DNA of 60,561 bases, counting the filler, from Globobulimina sp. (Eukaryota), in NCBI GenBank assembly GCA_003354225.1. It is 9 parts of 9 records of this genome, joined end to end, with 100 filler letters (N's around TTAATTAATTAA, not from the genome) between each part and the next. Parts side by side here need not be neighbours in the genome. Positions count along the whole stretch, not along the records: positions 26,998 to 33,638 come from PIVH01000260.1; positions 33,739 to 40,378 come from PIVH01000261.1; positions 40,479 to 47,115 come from PIVH01000262.1; 6 more parts are not named here. One strand, given 5' to 3'. Position 1 is the first letter of the stretch, and each line of letters starts with the position of its first letter. Both the position numbers and the translations under genes were made by a program. The notes beneath the pieces are model-generated. The model was not told the origin of the DNA, did no database searches, and worked only from the letters and a program-made list of their open reading frames with translations. Of this stretch, positions 30,858 through 41,345 are shown one piece after another.

Positions 30858-31842
30858 GTCTCTGTTTGTTCCACTCCCTCTATTTCGTGTTAATAATGAC
30901 AAAACTAACTATAATAATAATATAACACCACATAATCCTTGCACCAAATCTTTAGAATATGAAAACGAAGAATATCAACAAGAAAAAGCAAGATTTAAAG
31001 AGATTATTACAAGAAAAATGGTGAATAAAATTAAAAGCAGAAAAACATTTAAATCGCCGCTTGAAATCGCAGCGGATTTTGATGAACTTGATAAAATATT
31101 GCGCAGTGATCCTGTTTCTTTGAAAAAGAAAAAAGAGAATTTATCGCAATTACGTGCTATGTTAAATCCATTAAACCCATCAAACCCATCAAATGAAGAA
31201 AAGAGGGGAAATAAAGTAAAAAATATAAAATATGAAATGTCCAAACAAAGTTGGCATAAATTGTGGGATAAATTTGATTATTCAAAATATTGTGCAAATA
31301 ATAAGGTTAAATTACAAAGCAACGACCAATATTATTATTTTAATGAAGCAAATGATTATAAATTGATACAAAAATTAAAGAAAAATAAATGTCCAATCAT
31401 TAAAGAATTGCAATGTAATGCAACAAATGGTTTATTTAAAGATATATTAAATGAAAATGGCGATGGTCTGTTCAATCAGTTGTCAAATTATACATTTTTA
31501 AGACATAAATTTCCATGCTTAACATGTGTGGATTGCGGTGCTAAGTTAATGGTTATCCCATTGAGTTACATTGGAAATGGATATATTAATAATTGCATGG
31601 TTCGCTTGTATAAAATATGTGCGCTATGTTGCAATTACCCAAATTGTGAGTTTCCTCTTTATAGGTATTCTTACGCCAAATATTGGATACGATCCGCTTA
31701 TTTTGATCATCATAAACAAGAAAAACAAAGAAAAAGAAAAAGAAATCAAATATTAATGCAAGAAATAAATAATAATAAGACAAAAAAAAGGAAATTAAAC
31801 AACAATTCTTATAATTATTTGCAATCGTTATCATCGACTTAG
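30832..31842 (+). CDS. Basic hypothetical protein with a topoisomerase-type C4 zinc-ribbon-like motif and NLS-like tail
   Basis: CVDCGAKLMV...CCNYPNCEF; KQRKRKR and KKRK. Start uncertain; first in-frame ATGs are at 30856 and 31018. Confidence 0.5.
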   Translation: MSTSTTELMSLFVPLPLFRVNNDKTNYNNNITPHNPCTKSLEYENEEYQQEKARFKEIITRKMVNKIKSRKTFKSPLEIAADFDELDKILRSDPVSLKKKKENLSQLRAMLNPLNPSNPSNEEKRGNKVKNIKYEMSKQSWHKLWDKFDYSKYCANNKVKLQSNDQYYYFNEANDYKLIQKLKKNKCPIIKELQCNATNGLFKDILNENGDGLFNQLSNYTFLRHKFPCLTCVDCGAKLMVIPLSYIGNGYINNCMVRLYKICALCCNYPNCEFPLYRYSYAKYWIRSAYFDHHKQEKQRKRKRNQILMQEINNNKTKKRKLNNNSYNYLQSLSST

Positions 31843-32104
31843 TTTTTTTATGTTTATGTTTATGTTACATTTATCTCGAAATAATAAATATATACATACT
31901 TACACATACACATAATATTTAATTATGACAGAGAATTGCCTGTAACTACGAACTTTTGCATTGCACTCACCGCAATTGTTACGTATGTACTTTCCTTCAT
32001 ATAAATGTTGCATTTTTATTTTGTTTGTTTGTTGTTGTGTTGTATTGTTTTTTTATTTATCAACAACTTAAAAACTCTTTAGTATACATACTCAGCAGTC
32101 AGCA

Positions 32105-33082
32105 ATGTCCAACTCAGGAGTATATGCTTGCGCATGTTGTGGATTTGTAGTGTTTTTGACTTTGATGATTATGTTGATCACATCGTTCGTTTACGTAGAA
32201 TTTGGTAGGTACACTATATAAATATAATATAATATAATATAATATATTAAATATTAAAATATAAATATGTATTGAGATGAATATGCGTTTAAAAAATCAA
32301 CTACAACAAACAAAGTGGATCAATCTGAAGTTTATGGCAATGGCAGATATCTTTGGGGTTTTAATCATAAAAAAGTAGTATTCCCGAAATTATTTCAAGT
32401 GCAAGAGTTAAATTTATCAGTTGCGAATGAAGAAGGTGTATCTGTACAAATTGCTATTTCATTCTGGTATCGTTTACCAAAGGAAGATTTATCTAAAATA
32501 TATTCTCGATACGGCACCGCCTATCAAACGCAATTGAACTCCATCGCGAGGGCCGCCGTTCGAAACACAGCCGTTGATTTTTCAGTAAATGAATTTTTGA
32601 ATAATCGCTCGATTGTTCGCGACCAGATCGCAGAGAATGTATCCTTGGCATTGGCCGATATGTACATTGATTGTCCATCGTACACTGTGCAATTAAATGA
32701 AATTGAATTCTCAGCAACGTTATTAAGCACACATTTAAATGCTGCCATCACTTTAGAAAATAACTTAAAAAAAGACTATGAAAAAGACGCAGCTGAAATA
32801 AGAGCGGAAACCGGAAAATACGTTGAAGAATATCTTGCAAACACTACTGTCATCACACGGACAGCGGAGGCGAATAAAACTGCAAAGATCGAAACTGCCC
32901 AAGCTGAATATGACGAAATCATTGCCCAAGCACGAGGCGAGGGGATAGCTGACACTATGACTGCCCTAGGAATCACAAATCAAACCGAAAAGGCTCGATT
33001 TTTAAAATTAATGGCTATTTTAGATAACTCTCAAGCAAAAATCATCGATCTTACTGGTGCTGCCATTATTAATCTTAACTAA
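32105..33082 (+). CDS. SPFH/Band-7 (prohibitin-like) protein, 2 exons
   Basis: Exon 1 encodes a TM anchor; in-frame intron 32205-32276. EGVSVQIAISFWYRL, IARAAVRN, EFLNNRSIV, VQLNEIEF, then a coiled coil. Confidence 0.85.
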
Positions 33083-33271
33083 TTTTAATTCCATTTCATT
33101 TGAGTCGACTCGTGTTAAAGTTTTAAGTTTGTCTTTTTTTGTTTGTTTCCTCTTATTTTGAGCTCAATATCCTTGCACATGTTTCTATTAAGTGGATTGT
33201 TGATTGTTTCCGCAAACATAAAAAAATCAAACAAAAAAGCAAGCAAAGAAATGTGACGTGACAATGTTTAA

Positions 33272-33638
33272 TTAATCTAAAGTGGTGATTGGATCTTCAG
33301 CAACTTGTAATACCACAGAGGTTAAATATTGATAAACAAATTCTGCAGAGCTCATATTCATAGCTTGCTTAATTTTAAAATAAACGGCTTTTCTGTTTGC
33401 CCAGACCTGCACAATAGAGGTAGCTTTGGCAGTGGCTTCCGCCAAAACAGAGTCAACTTCAGCTTTTCCTTCGATTGCTAACTTATCCGCATTGATTACT
33501 GCCGTAAGTAACACCGTTTCAGCTTCGGTGATGCTGCCAGCCCTTTGATTCTGTGCAATTTCAATGTCATTTTCTGAGGCTCTCTTTAATTTAATCGCAT
33601 CGTCCAATCCAGTGGGAAACTCAAAATTTGATAATACG
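33272..33638 (-). CDS. Second SPFH/Band-7 protein, C-terminal part (5'-truncated)
   Basis: VLSNFEFPTGLDDAIKLKRASENDIEIAQNQR...EAET...AEVDSVLAEATAKA, typical of an SPFH coiled-coil tail. Confidence 0.7.
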
Positions 33639-33738
33639 NNNNNNNNNNNNNNNNNNNNNNNNNNNNNNNNNNNNNNNNNNNNTTAATTAATTAANNNNNN
33701 NNNNNNNNNNNNNNNNNNNNNNNNNNNNNNNNNNNNNN
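33639..33738. other. Artificial contig linker
   Basis: 44N-TTAATTAATTAA-44N. Confidence 0.99.
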
Positions 33739-33977
33739 TGTAGTGTTTGCATTGACTATGTGTGTCTTTTTTTGTTTGTATTTGTTACGATTCCCTTCTC
33801 CAATTCATTTCTATCAACATGCCTTAGCGGCGTGTTGACTGTTGAATAATTTGTTTAATATTATTATGTGTTGTTTGGGTCCCATGCACTAAGCAAGAAG
33901 GAAAAAAACGTTTTTATGTAAATCCTTGCACATAAATTTCTTTTTCTTTCACATTTAAAAACTCAAATCGATCGAGA

Positions 33978-34739
33978 ATGATGCGATTGTTTGGTGTATT
34001 AATTGCATTGATGCAATTATCTCGTGTAACAGCAACATGTAACTCCCTTTCAAGTGTGGGCTTACCATTCTATCCATTGGATGTTTGTACAGGAAGTATG
34101 TAATATGTATATACGCACAGTCGATTAAATGCATTACTACGTATAACCAATCCAAAAGGTTCAATTGGTGATGTTGAAAGTTCATATTTATGGGCATGTA
34201 GCGATACGAACACAGTGGAGGTTCGAACATATTCAGGCAATGCACAATGTTTAGGAACAGAGTATACGACATCAGATCTTTCAACTTTATATAGCGGCTA
34301 TGATACAAATTGTGGTGGTTCAGCCTGTGGATATGCGAAAATTACAACCTATGCGAATTCGGATTGTACAGCATCCGGTGATTATGTTGAAACAGCAATT
34401 GTAGCAAATGAATGTGTATCATATCAAGATATTTATGATGCAATGGGTTTAAACGATATAGATATACCAGGTGTAAATACGTACGTAGACGTTGATGGTT
34501 CATATGAAATAACTTGCAGTGCTGCTGATGGTTTGGGTGCTGTGTATTACGCAGAAAATAATTGTGTAGGAAGTGGCCAAGCCTATGCTGCCTATGATTC
34601 TGTATATGCAGAGTATGCGCCAGGATGTGAGGATGGTGTAACTTCATTTAATACAGTAACTTGTGGTGCTGCTGCGGATCGATTTAAATTATATTTTGTA
34701 TTTATTGCTTGCTTTGTAGCATTGTTTCAAATAATGTAA
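33978..34739 (+). CDS. Cys-rich secreted, probably GPI-anchored surface protein, 2 exons
   Basis: Signal peptide MMRLFGVLIALMQLSRVTA; in-frame intron 34096-34158; repeated Y-x-x-x-x-C modules; hydrophobic C-terminus LYFVFIACFVALFQIM. Confidence 0.75.
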
Positions 34740-35351
34740 ATTAAAAATTAGGTTCAAATAATTGTTAAAATTGGTTACCAAAAACGGTTCAAAGGTGTTT
34801 CAAATGATTATTCAGATTTTCATCCGGTTTTCAGCGTCAGATTTTTATTGTTTCTGAGAAACGAATGCAAACATGATGCTCTTGTACCATATGCTTTAAG
34901 ATATAACTTGAGATATGATCAAGATGTGTTTTGGATTTTTTAAAGATATACATTTTTTGATCCGATGTGTTTGCATGGACAAGCTGCGCTACACGAAAAC
35001 TGTTTAGAAACATGTTATTAAACTAGTCAACGAATGAATAAATCAGCAAAAAGTCTTGCGAAATGGCTCGGCAGTGGGTAAAATCAGCAAATTTGACACA
35101 TCGACAAACAACAAGTGGGTAAAATTCGAAGCAATAGTCTTAAGAAGTATGGTGCCATTTTGTCGACGTTCTATATAAACACAAATCTATTCAGAATGAC
35201 ATAGACATACAACATGTTAAGTGTTAATTACATTATTAGCGATTTATGCATATGCTACGTATTCTGCTTGTTTTATATTTATAATTATACGTCATGCTGT
35301 TTTGAAAATAAATATTAAGTTTGTATTTGTTTGCAATTGTGTTTCAAGACT

Positions 35352-38300
35352 ATGAGTCATAGACCCTTTGAATTAAAATGTTTCAAATCTCCTAAAAAAA
35401 TATCAAGAAAAGAATTGTATCATTTGTATACTCGACCCTTCAAACATAAAAAAAAAGCATCCAACTCTCAATCTTACGACCACATAAACGCAGATATAAT
35501 CAATCATGAATTGCATTTTGTGGATGCTCAGATATACGAAGAGATTCCACGCAAATCCATACCAATTCCATCGCAATATCGTCCAAACGCCATTACCTAT
35601 CCACTCAGCGCACAAAATACACTGTCTTGCAACGACTACAATAAAAAAGAAGACATAGCCACACAAACACAATGCGAAAGCAATGAAAAACGACAGAAAA
35701 AGCTAAGTAAAGCCGAATCTAAAAGGGTATTAAAAGACTCTCTAGCTTCATTCCATAGAGTTTATGATTTGTTATCGAATCAATTCTTTATTGATAATAA
35801 AATATATCATATTGATAAATCAGTAAACCCTCAACAACCAACAACTGACAGTATAGATTCAACAAAACAAAACTGCCCAACTGACGCTATCAGTGTAAAT
35901 CATACAGACAATGACACGAAAAATACATTGAATGTGTATGTCGGATCCAATACAAATTCGTATAATATTGCTTTGCAATCAAATATGGAAAATGCGCACC
36001 AATCGCAAAATGTAAATTGGAATGCGTTACGGAAACGGTTTTGCGAACATAATGCGAAAACAGCCAAAAACATGGAAAATTATTTTGCGTTTCAGGAACA
36101 GGAAAAACATCGCAAATTAAAGCTGCAACAACAAAAATTGCAAACGGCGTTGAAACCGAAAGCCAATGCCAATCTGAAAAATTTCATACAACAAAATAAA
36201 GAAAATATCGCCAATATTACGAGCAAAAAGAAAACCTTCCAACCAAAAAAAATGAAAATGCAAAAACGAAAACGAAAATCTCCACATTTCGACCATAAAT
36301 TAAAAATTATGATTGATGACAAAGCCGCATCCTTTGCCTCAACAATAAATACCGACAAAATGTTAATTGAAGTGACCAACAATGCAACATTGACAAATAT
36401 GCGAATTAAGATTTTACAAAATATAATAATCGAATTGTCGCAACATTATAAAAACTCGCAAAATGATATCAAACAAATTGACGACAGATATGACAAAATC
36501 GCAAAAGAATATAACCATTTATTGCGACAGTTTGTGATCAAAAATAATCCGAAAATAATTGAAATGCTCTCCAAATCCAAAGGGAAAGCGCTGGATTTGA
36601 CGGACTCTGTCATTCAGACACAAATACAAAACGGACAACAGTTTAAATTGACGATATTACACGATTTATTATTCAAGTTATCGCTGCAAAAAATATTTAT
36701 AAGATGGAAATGCCGAACTTATGTATCCTATTTACGATGGAAATTAATAAAACATAAATTACAGAGACGGTGCAACATCAACATCACTAAAACAGTGTTT
36801 ATGGAATGGACCGAATATAGCACAAAATGTAAAAATAAACAAAAACGATCGGTGTTGTTGAAAAATAAGAGGTATAATAAAACATTGTCATATTCATTCA
36901 AGAAATGGGTACAATCGACGCGGAAAATATTACGTCGCACTTATATTTGTAATGAATTTATAAAAGAGAAACAATTAAAATTACAATACAAATTATACGA
37001 GTTTTGGAAATATTGTTACATTCAAACTCAATTAAAATATTATTTGCGAGGCTGTGCATTGAGATTTTATTTAAGATGTTGCTTTTTCAAATGGTATAAA
37101 AATGTGCGGAAACGAATGTTAATAAAACGTAATTTGAACAATGCGCAAAATATACAATGTACAGAAAGTGCGATTATTCAAAATAGCTCCATTCGATTCC
37201 AAGCAAACGTATTGTTTTCGTGGAACGCACAAATATGTCAAGCGAAGAAAGCAATTGTTGTGAAATTAAAAAATAATAAATCTCCGATAGATTATGTCGA
37301 ATCAGTTATAAATAAGCAATCAAGAAATAAAAAACAAGCATTGCCTACGTTAGCAATATCTCTTTGTAATAAAAAACAAATAAAATATTGTTTAAAAATA
37401 TGGATAAATGCTACCAAATGTAAAAAATTACAAAAATATTGTAACAATGCATTGATTTCGACTGCAATGAGGACTGCGTTGATTAAATGGAATGTTGTCA
37501 GTAATAATTATGAGCAATGCGTAACAATTGCGATTGTTCGAGGAAATGTCAGCAGACAAAAACGGATATTTTATGCTTGGAAACGATATAAAGAGTACAT
37601 TAAAAAAATTACAATGAAAATAGAGATAAATTATAAACCATTCTCGATGCAAAAACGATATTTTCTAAAATGGCAACACTGGATACAGCAACACCGGGTA
37701 TTTCTAATGAAATTGCATAAATTTGAAGGTTATAGAGATAGAACATTGAAATATGAATATTTTTATTATATATTGGATAAATATCGAAGCAATCAAAAGA
37801 TGAAACAATATTTAATACAATTTGAAATTCGGAGATCTTACAAAATGCGGCGAAATTCTCTGCGAGTTTGGAGAGGCAAATTAAAAAATAGATTGTTATT
37901 ACGGAGGGTTTTTAATCAGACACAAAATATATGGAATTATCAACGGAGAAATATGTCTGAAATGAGAAGAAAACAGCAATTAAAACTGATTAAACAATGG
38001 AGAATATATACTATGCGACGTAAATCATTCAGAAGTCATAAATTACAGTCAATGATGGCTGATATTCATAGAAATATTGCATTGCAAAACATGTTTTATA
38101 GGAAATGGAGAGATTTATTTTTGATGATCACCGATCACCGATACCGTCAACAGCAAAAATTAAAAAAATATGAGACCAAATTACCAAAAAAAAGTGCAAA
38201 AACCAATGATTATTATATTGTGCCGCAATCAGTAATACATAATGTACAACAAATAAATAAAAAAAATAAAAAAAGTAAAAAAAAAAAGAAAAAAAAGAAA

Positions 38301-38858
38301 ATGAAAACACATCGGAATTCGCATAGTTTGCCCAAATTACAGCCATCAAAAGTTGCATTTACATCGACGCCCTCAATCAAATCAAATCCGATACGAACAC
38401 GCGAATTAAAATTAAATCACTCATTTGATTCCAATCAAACTGTGAATGATATATTATTATCATCGGTGTTACAAAGTAATCCGTCAAATCTAAGCATTGC
38501 TACATCGGACTTAGCACATGATTTAAATCAAGGCGATGGAAGCAGTGACATTTTGAATTTACCAAAAGAGCTTTATCACTTTGCTAGAAAATGGAGATAT
38601 TATAAACCATTAAAAAAAATATTCTTTTTATGGAAATATAAAACTTTACATCCTGTCACATTCAATAACTGCGCTACACAAAAAACAATCGATAGATACG
38701 AACACCGATCAAAACTAAATCAAAAAAGTGTAAATAAATTATGCCGCAAGAAACCCTCAAAACTGCGAAAAAAGAAAACCAAAACCAAATCAAATAAAAG
38801 TAAAAAAAAACGTAAAACTAAAAGTAAAAAAAAAGTTAAACAACGTCCAAAACGGTGA
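35352..38858 (+). CDS. Large basic protein with Sfi1-like (centrin-binding) F-x-x-W repeats
   Basis: Recurrent KIFIRWK, TVFMEWT, YSFKKWV, CCFFKWY, RIFYAWK, RYFLKWQ, MFYRKWR, many at roughly 22-33 aa spacing. Confidence 0.6.
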   Translation: MSHRPFELKCFKSPKKISRKELYHLYTRPFKHKKKASNSQSYDHINADIINHELHFVDAQIYEEIPRKSIPIPSQYRPNAITYPLSAQNTLSCNDYNKKEDIATQTQCESNEKRQKKLSKAESKRVLKDSLASFHRVYDLLSNQFFIDNKIYHIDKSVNPQQPTTDSIDSTKQNCPTDAISVNHTDNDTKNTLNVYVGSNTNSYNIALQSNMENAHQSQNVNWNALRKRFCEHNAKTAKNMENYFAFQEQEKHRKLKLQQQKLQTALKPKANANLKNFIQQNKENIANITSKKKTFQPKKMKMQKRKRKSPHFDHKLKIMIDDKAASFASTINTDKMLIEVTNNATLTNMRIKILQNIIIELSQHYKNSQNDIKQIDDRYDKIAKEYNHLLRQFVIKNNPKIIEMLSKSKGKALDLTDSVIQTQIQNGQQFKLTILHDLLFKLSLQKIFIRWKCRTYVSYLRWKLIKHKLQRRCNINITKTVFMEWTEYSTKCKNKQKRSVLLKNKRYNKTLSYSFKKWVQSTRKILRRTYICNEFIKEKQLKLQYKLYEFWKYCYIQTQLKYYLRGCALRFYLRCCFFKWYKNVRKRMLIKRNLNNAQNIQCTESAIIQNSSIRFQANVLFSWNAQICQAKKAIVVKLKNNKSPIDYVESVINKQSRNKKQALPTLAISLCNKKQIKYCLKIWINATKCKKLQKYCNNALISTAMRTALIKWNVVSNNYEQCVTIAIVRGNVSRQKRIFYAWKRYKEYIKKITMKIEINYKPFSMQKRYFLKWQHWIQQHRVFLMKLHKFEGYRDRTLKYEYFYYILDKYRSNQKMKQYLIQFEIRRSYKMRRNSLRVWRGKLKNRLLLRRVFNQTQNIWNYQRRNMSEMRRKQQLKLIKQWRIYTMRRKSFRSHKLQSMMADIHRNIALQNMFYRKWRDLFLMITDHRYRQQQKLKKYETKLPKKSAKTNDYYIVPQSVIHNVQQINKKNKKSKKKKKKKKMKTHRNSHSLPKLQPSKVAFTSTPSIKSNPIRTRELKLNHSFDSNQTVNDILLSSVLQSNPSNLSIATSDLAHDLNQGDGSSDILNLPKELYHFARKWRYYKPLKKIFFLWKYKTLHPVTFNNCATQKTIDRYEHRSKLNQKSVNKLCRKKPSKLRKKKTKTKSNKSKKKRKTKSKKKVKQRPKR

Positions 38859-39037
38859 AATGTGATTGGGATTATCCATATACTTTAATTGTTTACATAA
38901 ATTCCCATATATTGTATTCATAGTGTTACAAAAATCCTTCCTATTTATATTCATTCAAAAAAAGAGTTTGATGAAGTTTGATAAGATTACTTCAAAAAAC
39001 CTTGAACTGCCATCTTTTTTAGACTTGCATACTGTGC

Positions 39038-39610
39038 ATGATGTTTAGATGTCTGTCATACGTAAAACAGCGCAAATATAATGGCTTTTTATCATTGTTT
39101 ATGAGTGGAATGAGTGTTGCTGCGATTACTTTTGTTCCGATTGCAACCTCGACTGAAAATAAGAGAGAACCGCTATGCAGCAGTAACGATATGGGATGGA
39201 TAAAATTTAATAATATTGATAAAGATTCAAGTCAACGAAACAAATTATTAAAAGAAAAGATAAATTGTAGTAGCAAAATAACATTGGATTTAGACAGTGA
39301 TTTACAAAAATATTTAGATGTATTGCATGACGATTGGACAATATTTAAAGATTATGATAATAACAATAAATGCCATTTATTTCGAGAATTTAATGTGGAA
39401 ACATTTGATGAAATAATGGATATTACAAACACAGTGTTTGAAGTTGCAAATTATGCCAATTATCATCCGGATGTAATGATATATGGACATAAAAAGATAA
39501 CAATTGATATTTATTCATATAAATTAACTAATTTGAGAGTAAATGATTTTATATTTGCTGCGAGGATTGATGAAAATATTGAAAAATTAATGAAAGAATA
39601 TGTAGAGTAA
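39038..39610 (+). CDS. Pterin-4-alpha-carbinolamine dehydratase (PCD)-like protein with a possible organellar transit peptide
   Basis: W...LFREFNVETFDEIMDITNTVFEVANYANYHPDV...ITIDIYSY...LRVNDFIFAARID. Confidence 0.8.
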   Translation: MMFRCLSYVKQRKYNGFLSLFMSGMSVAAITFVPIATSTENKREPLCSSNDMGWIKFNNIDKDSSQRNKLLKEKINCSSKITLDLDSDLQKYLDVLHDDWTIFKDYDNNNKCHLFREFNVETFDEIMDITNTVFEVANYANYHPDVMIYGHKKITIDIYSYKLTNLRVNDFIFAARIDENIEKLMKEYVE

Positions 39611-40378
39611 CTGGATGATGATGTTATTAATTGCAACTTGCCCTTGATTTAAAACAAATAAATTGAATATAGTGTAAGATTTTAATATGCTACGATAATA
39701 TGACCATGCAAACATTTTCTGTATAAAAAGTATAACTGAACCAAATGTATACAACTTATCGACGATGTGATCGACCAGAGAGGGGTTATCTTTTGTAATA
39801 TCGGTGTTGGCAAAATGTATATAAATTCGTTATTCGTTAAGAAAACTTCAAAAAAAAACCCACCTCAAAACTTAAACTTTTTCTACTCATTTCTCAAATC
39901 TCAACCATTACTCCACCTTTCTAGATCTCGCAACTCATTAAACTGTGGTTTTTAATAATAATCTAATTTAAATTAATAAATTGCTGTATTTTATCGAGTC
40001 GCAGCTTCCATTGCATTGAAACAACAAAATCCTTGTGATTTTTTAGGCGCATCAATTATTGAATTTAATCAAATTGTATATTAGTTAAGAAATTGAATTA
40101 TATATTTAATTTGTATAAATGTGGTGCATTATTAAAACACACAGGAAATTAATTAGCTGCATTGGTAAACCCTTCTTCTCCACGCATAGAGATGATAGCA
40201 AAGCAAGATTGAACATAATAAGTGATGTATGATTAATATTAATATGATCATATATTGCATTATGCAAAAGTGAGCTGCCCATGCTATGTGGTGCTATGCT
40301 ATGCAGTCTGTACTCTCTACTCTGTGTGGTATGCTTTACCATTAAAATGGGATATGGACAGATGCTTTGTTCTATGTT

Positions 40379-40478
40379 NNNNNNNNNNNNNNNNNNNNNN
40401 NNNNNNNNNNNNNNNNNNNNNNTTAATTAATTAANNNNNNNNNNNNNNNNNNNNNNNNNNNNNNNNNNNNNNNNNNNN
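40379..40478. other. Artificial contig linker
   Basis: 44N-TTAATTAATTAA-44N. Confidence 0.99.
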
Positions 40479-40764
40479 TTGTTGGATTTATTGTTGGATT
40501 TATTGCTGGATTTATTGTTTGATTTATTGTTTGATTTATTGTTGGATTTATTGTTGGATTTATTGCTGGATTTATTGCTGGATTTATTGTTTGATTTATT
40601 GCTGGATTTATTGTTGGATTTATTGTTGGATTTATTGTTGGATTTATTGCTGGATTTATTGTTTGATTTATTGTTTGATTTATTGTTGGATTTATTGTTG
40701 GATTTATTGCTGGATTTATTGTTTGATTTATTGTTGGATGTATTGTTGGATTTATTGTTGGATT
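40479..40764. repeat. Coding 12-bp minisatellite, more than 20 units (atttattgttgg and variants)
   Basis: Variants encode PTIN, PAIN and QTIN on the minus strand. The contig breaks inside the array. Confidence 0.95.
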
Positions 40765-41085
40765 TGCTGTGGTTGGATCTGCTGTGGTTAACGTTGGATC
40801 TGATGTGGTGGAATTAGTGGTGGTTGGACTAGCTGTAGTTGGATTAGCTGTAGTGGTGGTTTGATTTGCTGTGGTTGGATTTGCTGTTGTGGGTTGACTT
40901 GTGATTGGACTTTCTGTGGTTGGATATGCTGTGGTTGGATCTGTTGTTGGGCTTATTGTTGGTTTGATTATTGGATTAATCGTTGGATCTGTTGACTCAG
41001 ATAATCGTCTTCTTGAAAGGTTCAAGTCTTCACCATAACTGATTGCGACACCTAATGATAAGATGATGATGGATAACATTTTCAT
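40479..41085 (-). CDS. Secreted mucin-like Pro/Thr-repeat protein, 3'-truncated
   Basis: Signal peptide MKMLSIIILSLGVAISYG, RRRL motif, PTTAN and (P/Q)(T/A)IN repeats. Confidence 0.75.
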
Positions 41086-41345
41086 TTATTGTGTTAAGAA
41101 TACTATGAATAGAAAGTATGAATAGATTTATATTAATAAATATTCTAAAATTATCATCACAGTGATTATGAAATTGAAATGTGTGATTCAGGAAGAATTG
41201 ATTTTATATTTATAACAAGATGATATTATTATCACTTACTTTCCAGTACTTTGATTTAGAGGGAGATGGTGATAACAATATTTTGGCAAAAAGTACAACA
41301 GGTTCTTTAATTAAATGAAAAACTAAAAATAAGTATTTAATCGGT

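Noticed and set aside
40479-40817. Plus-strand ORFs (LLDL and IYCW repeats) or a CRISPR-like array
   Set aside because: They are antisense shadows of a coding 12-bp minisatellite. There are no unique spacers and no cas genes.
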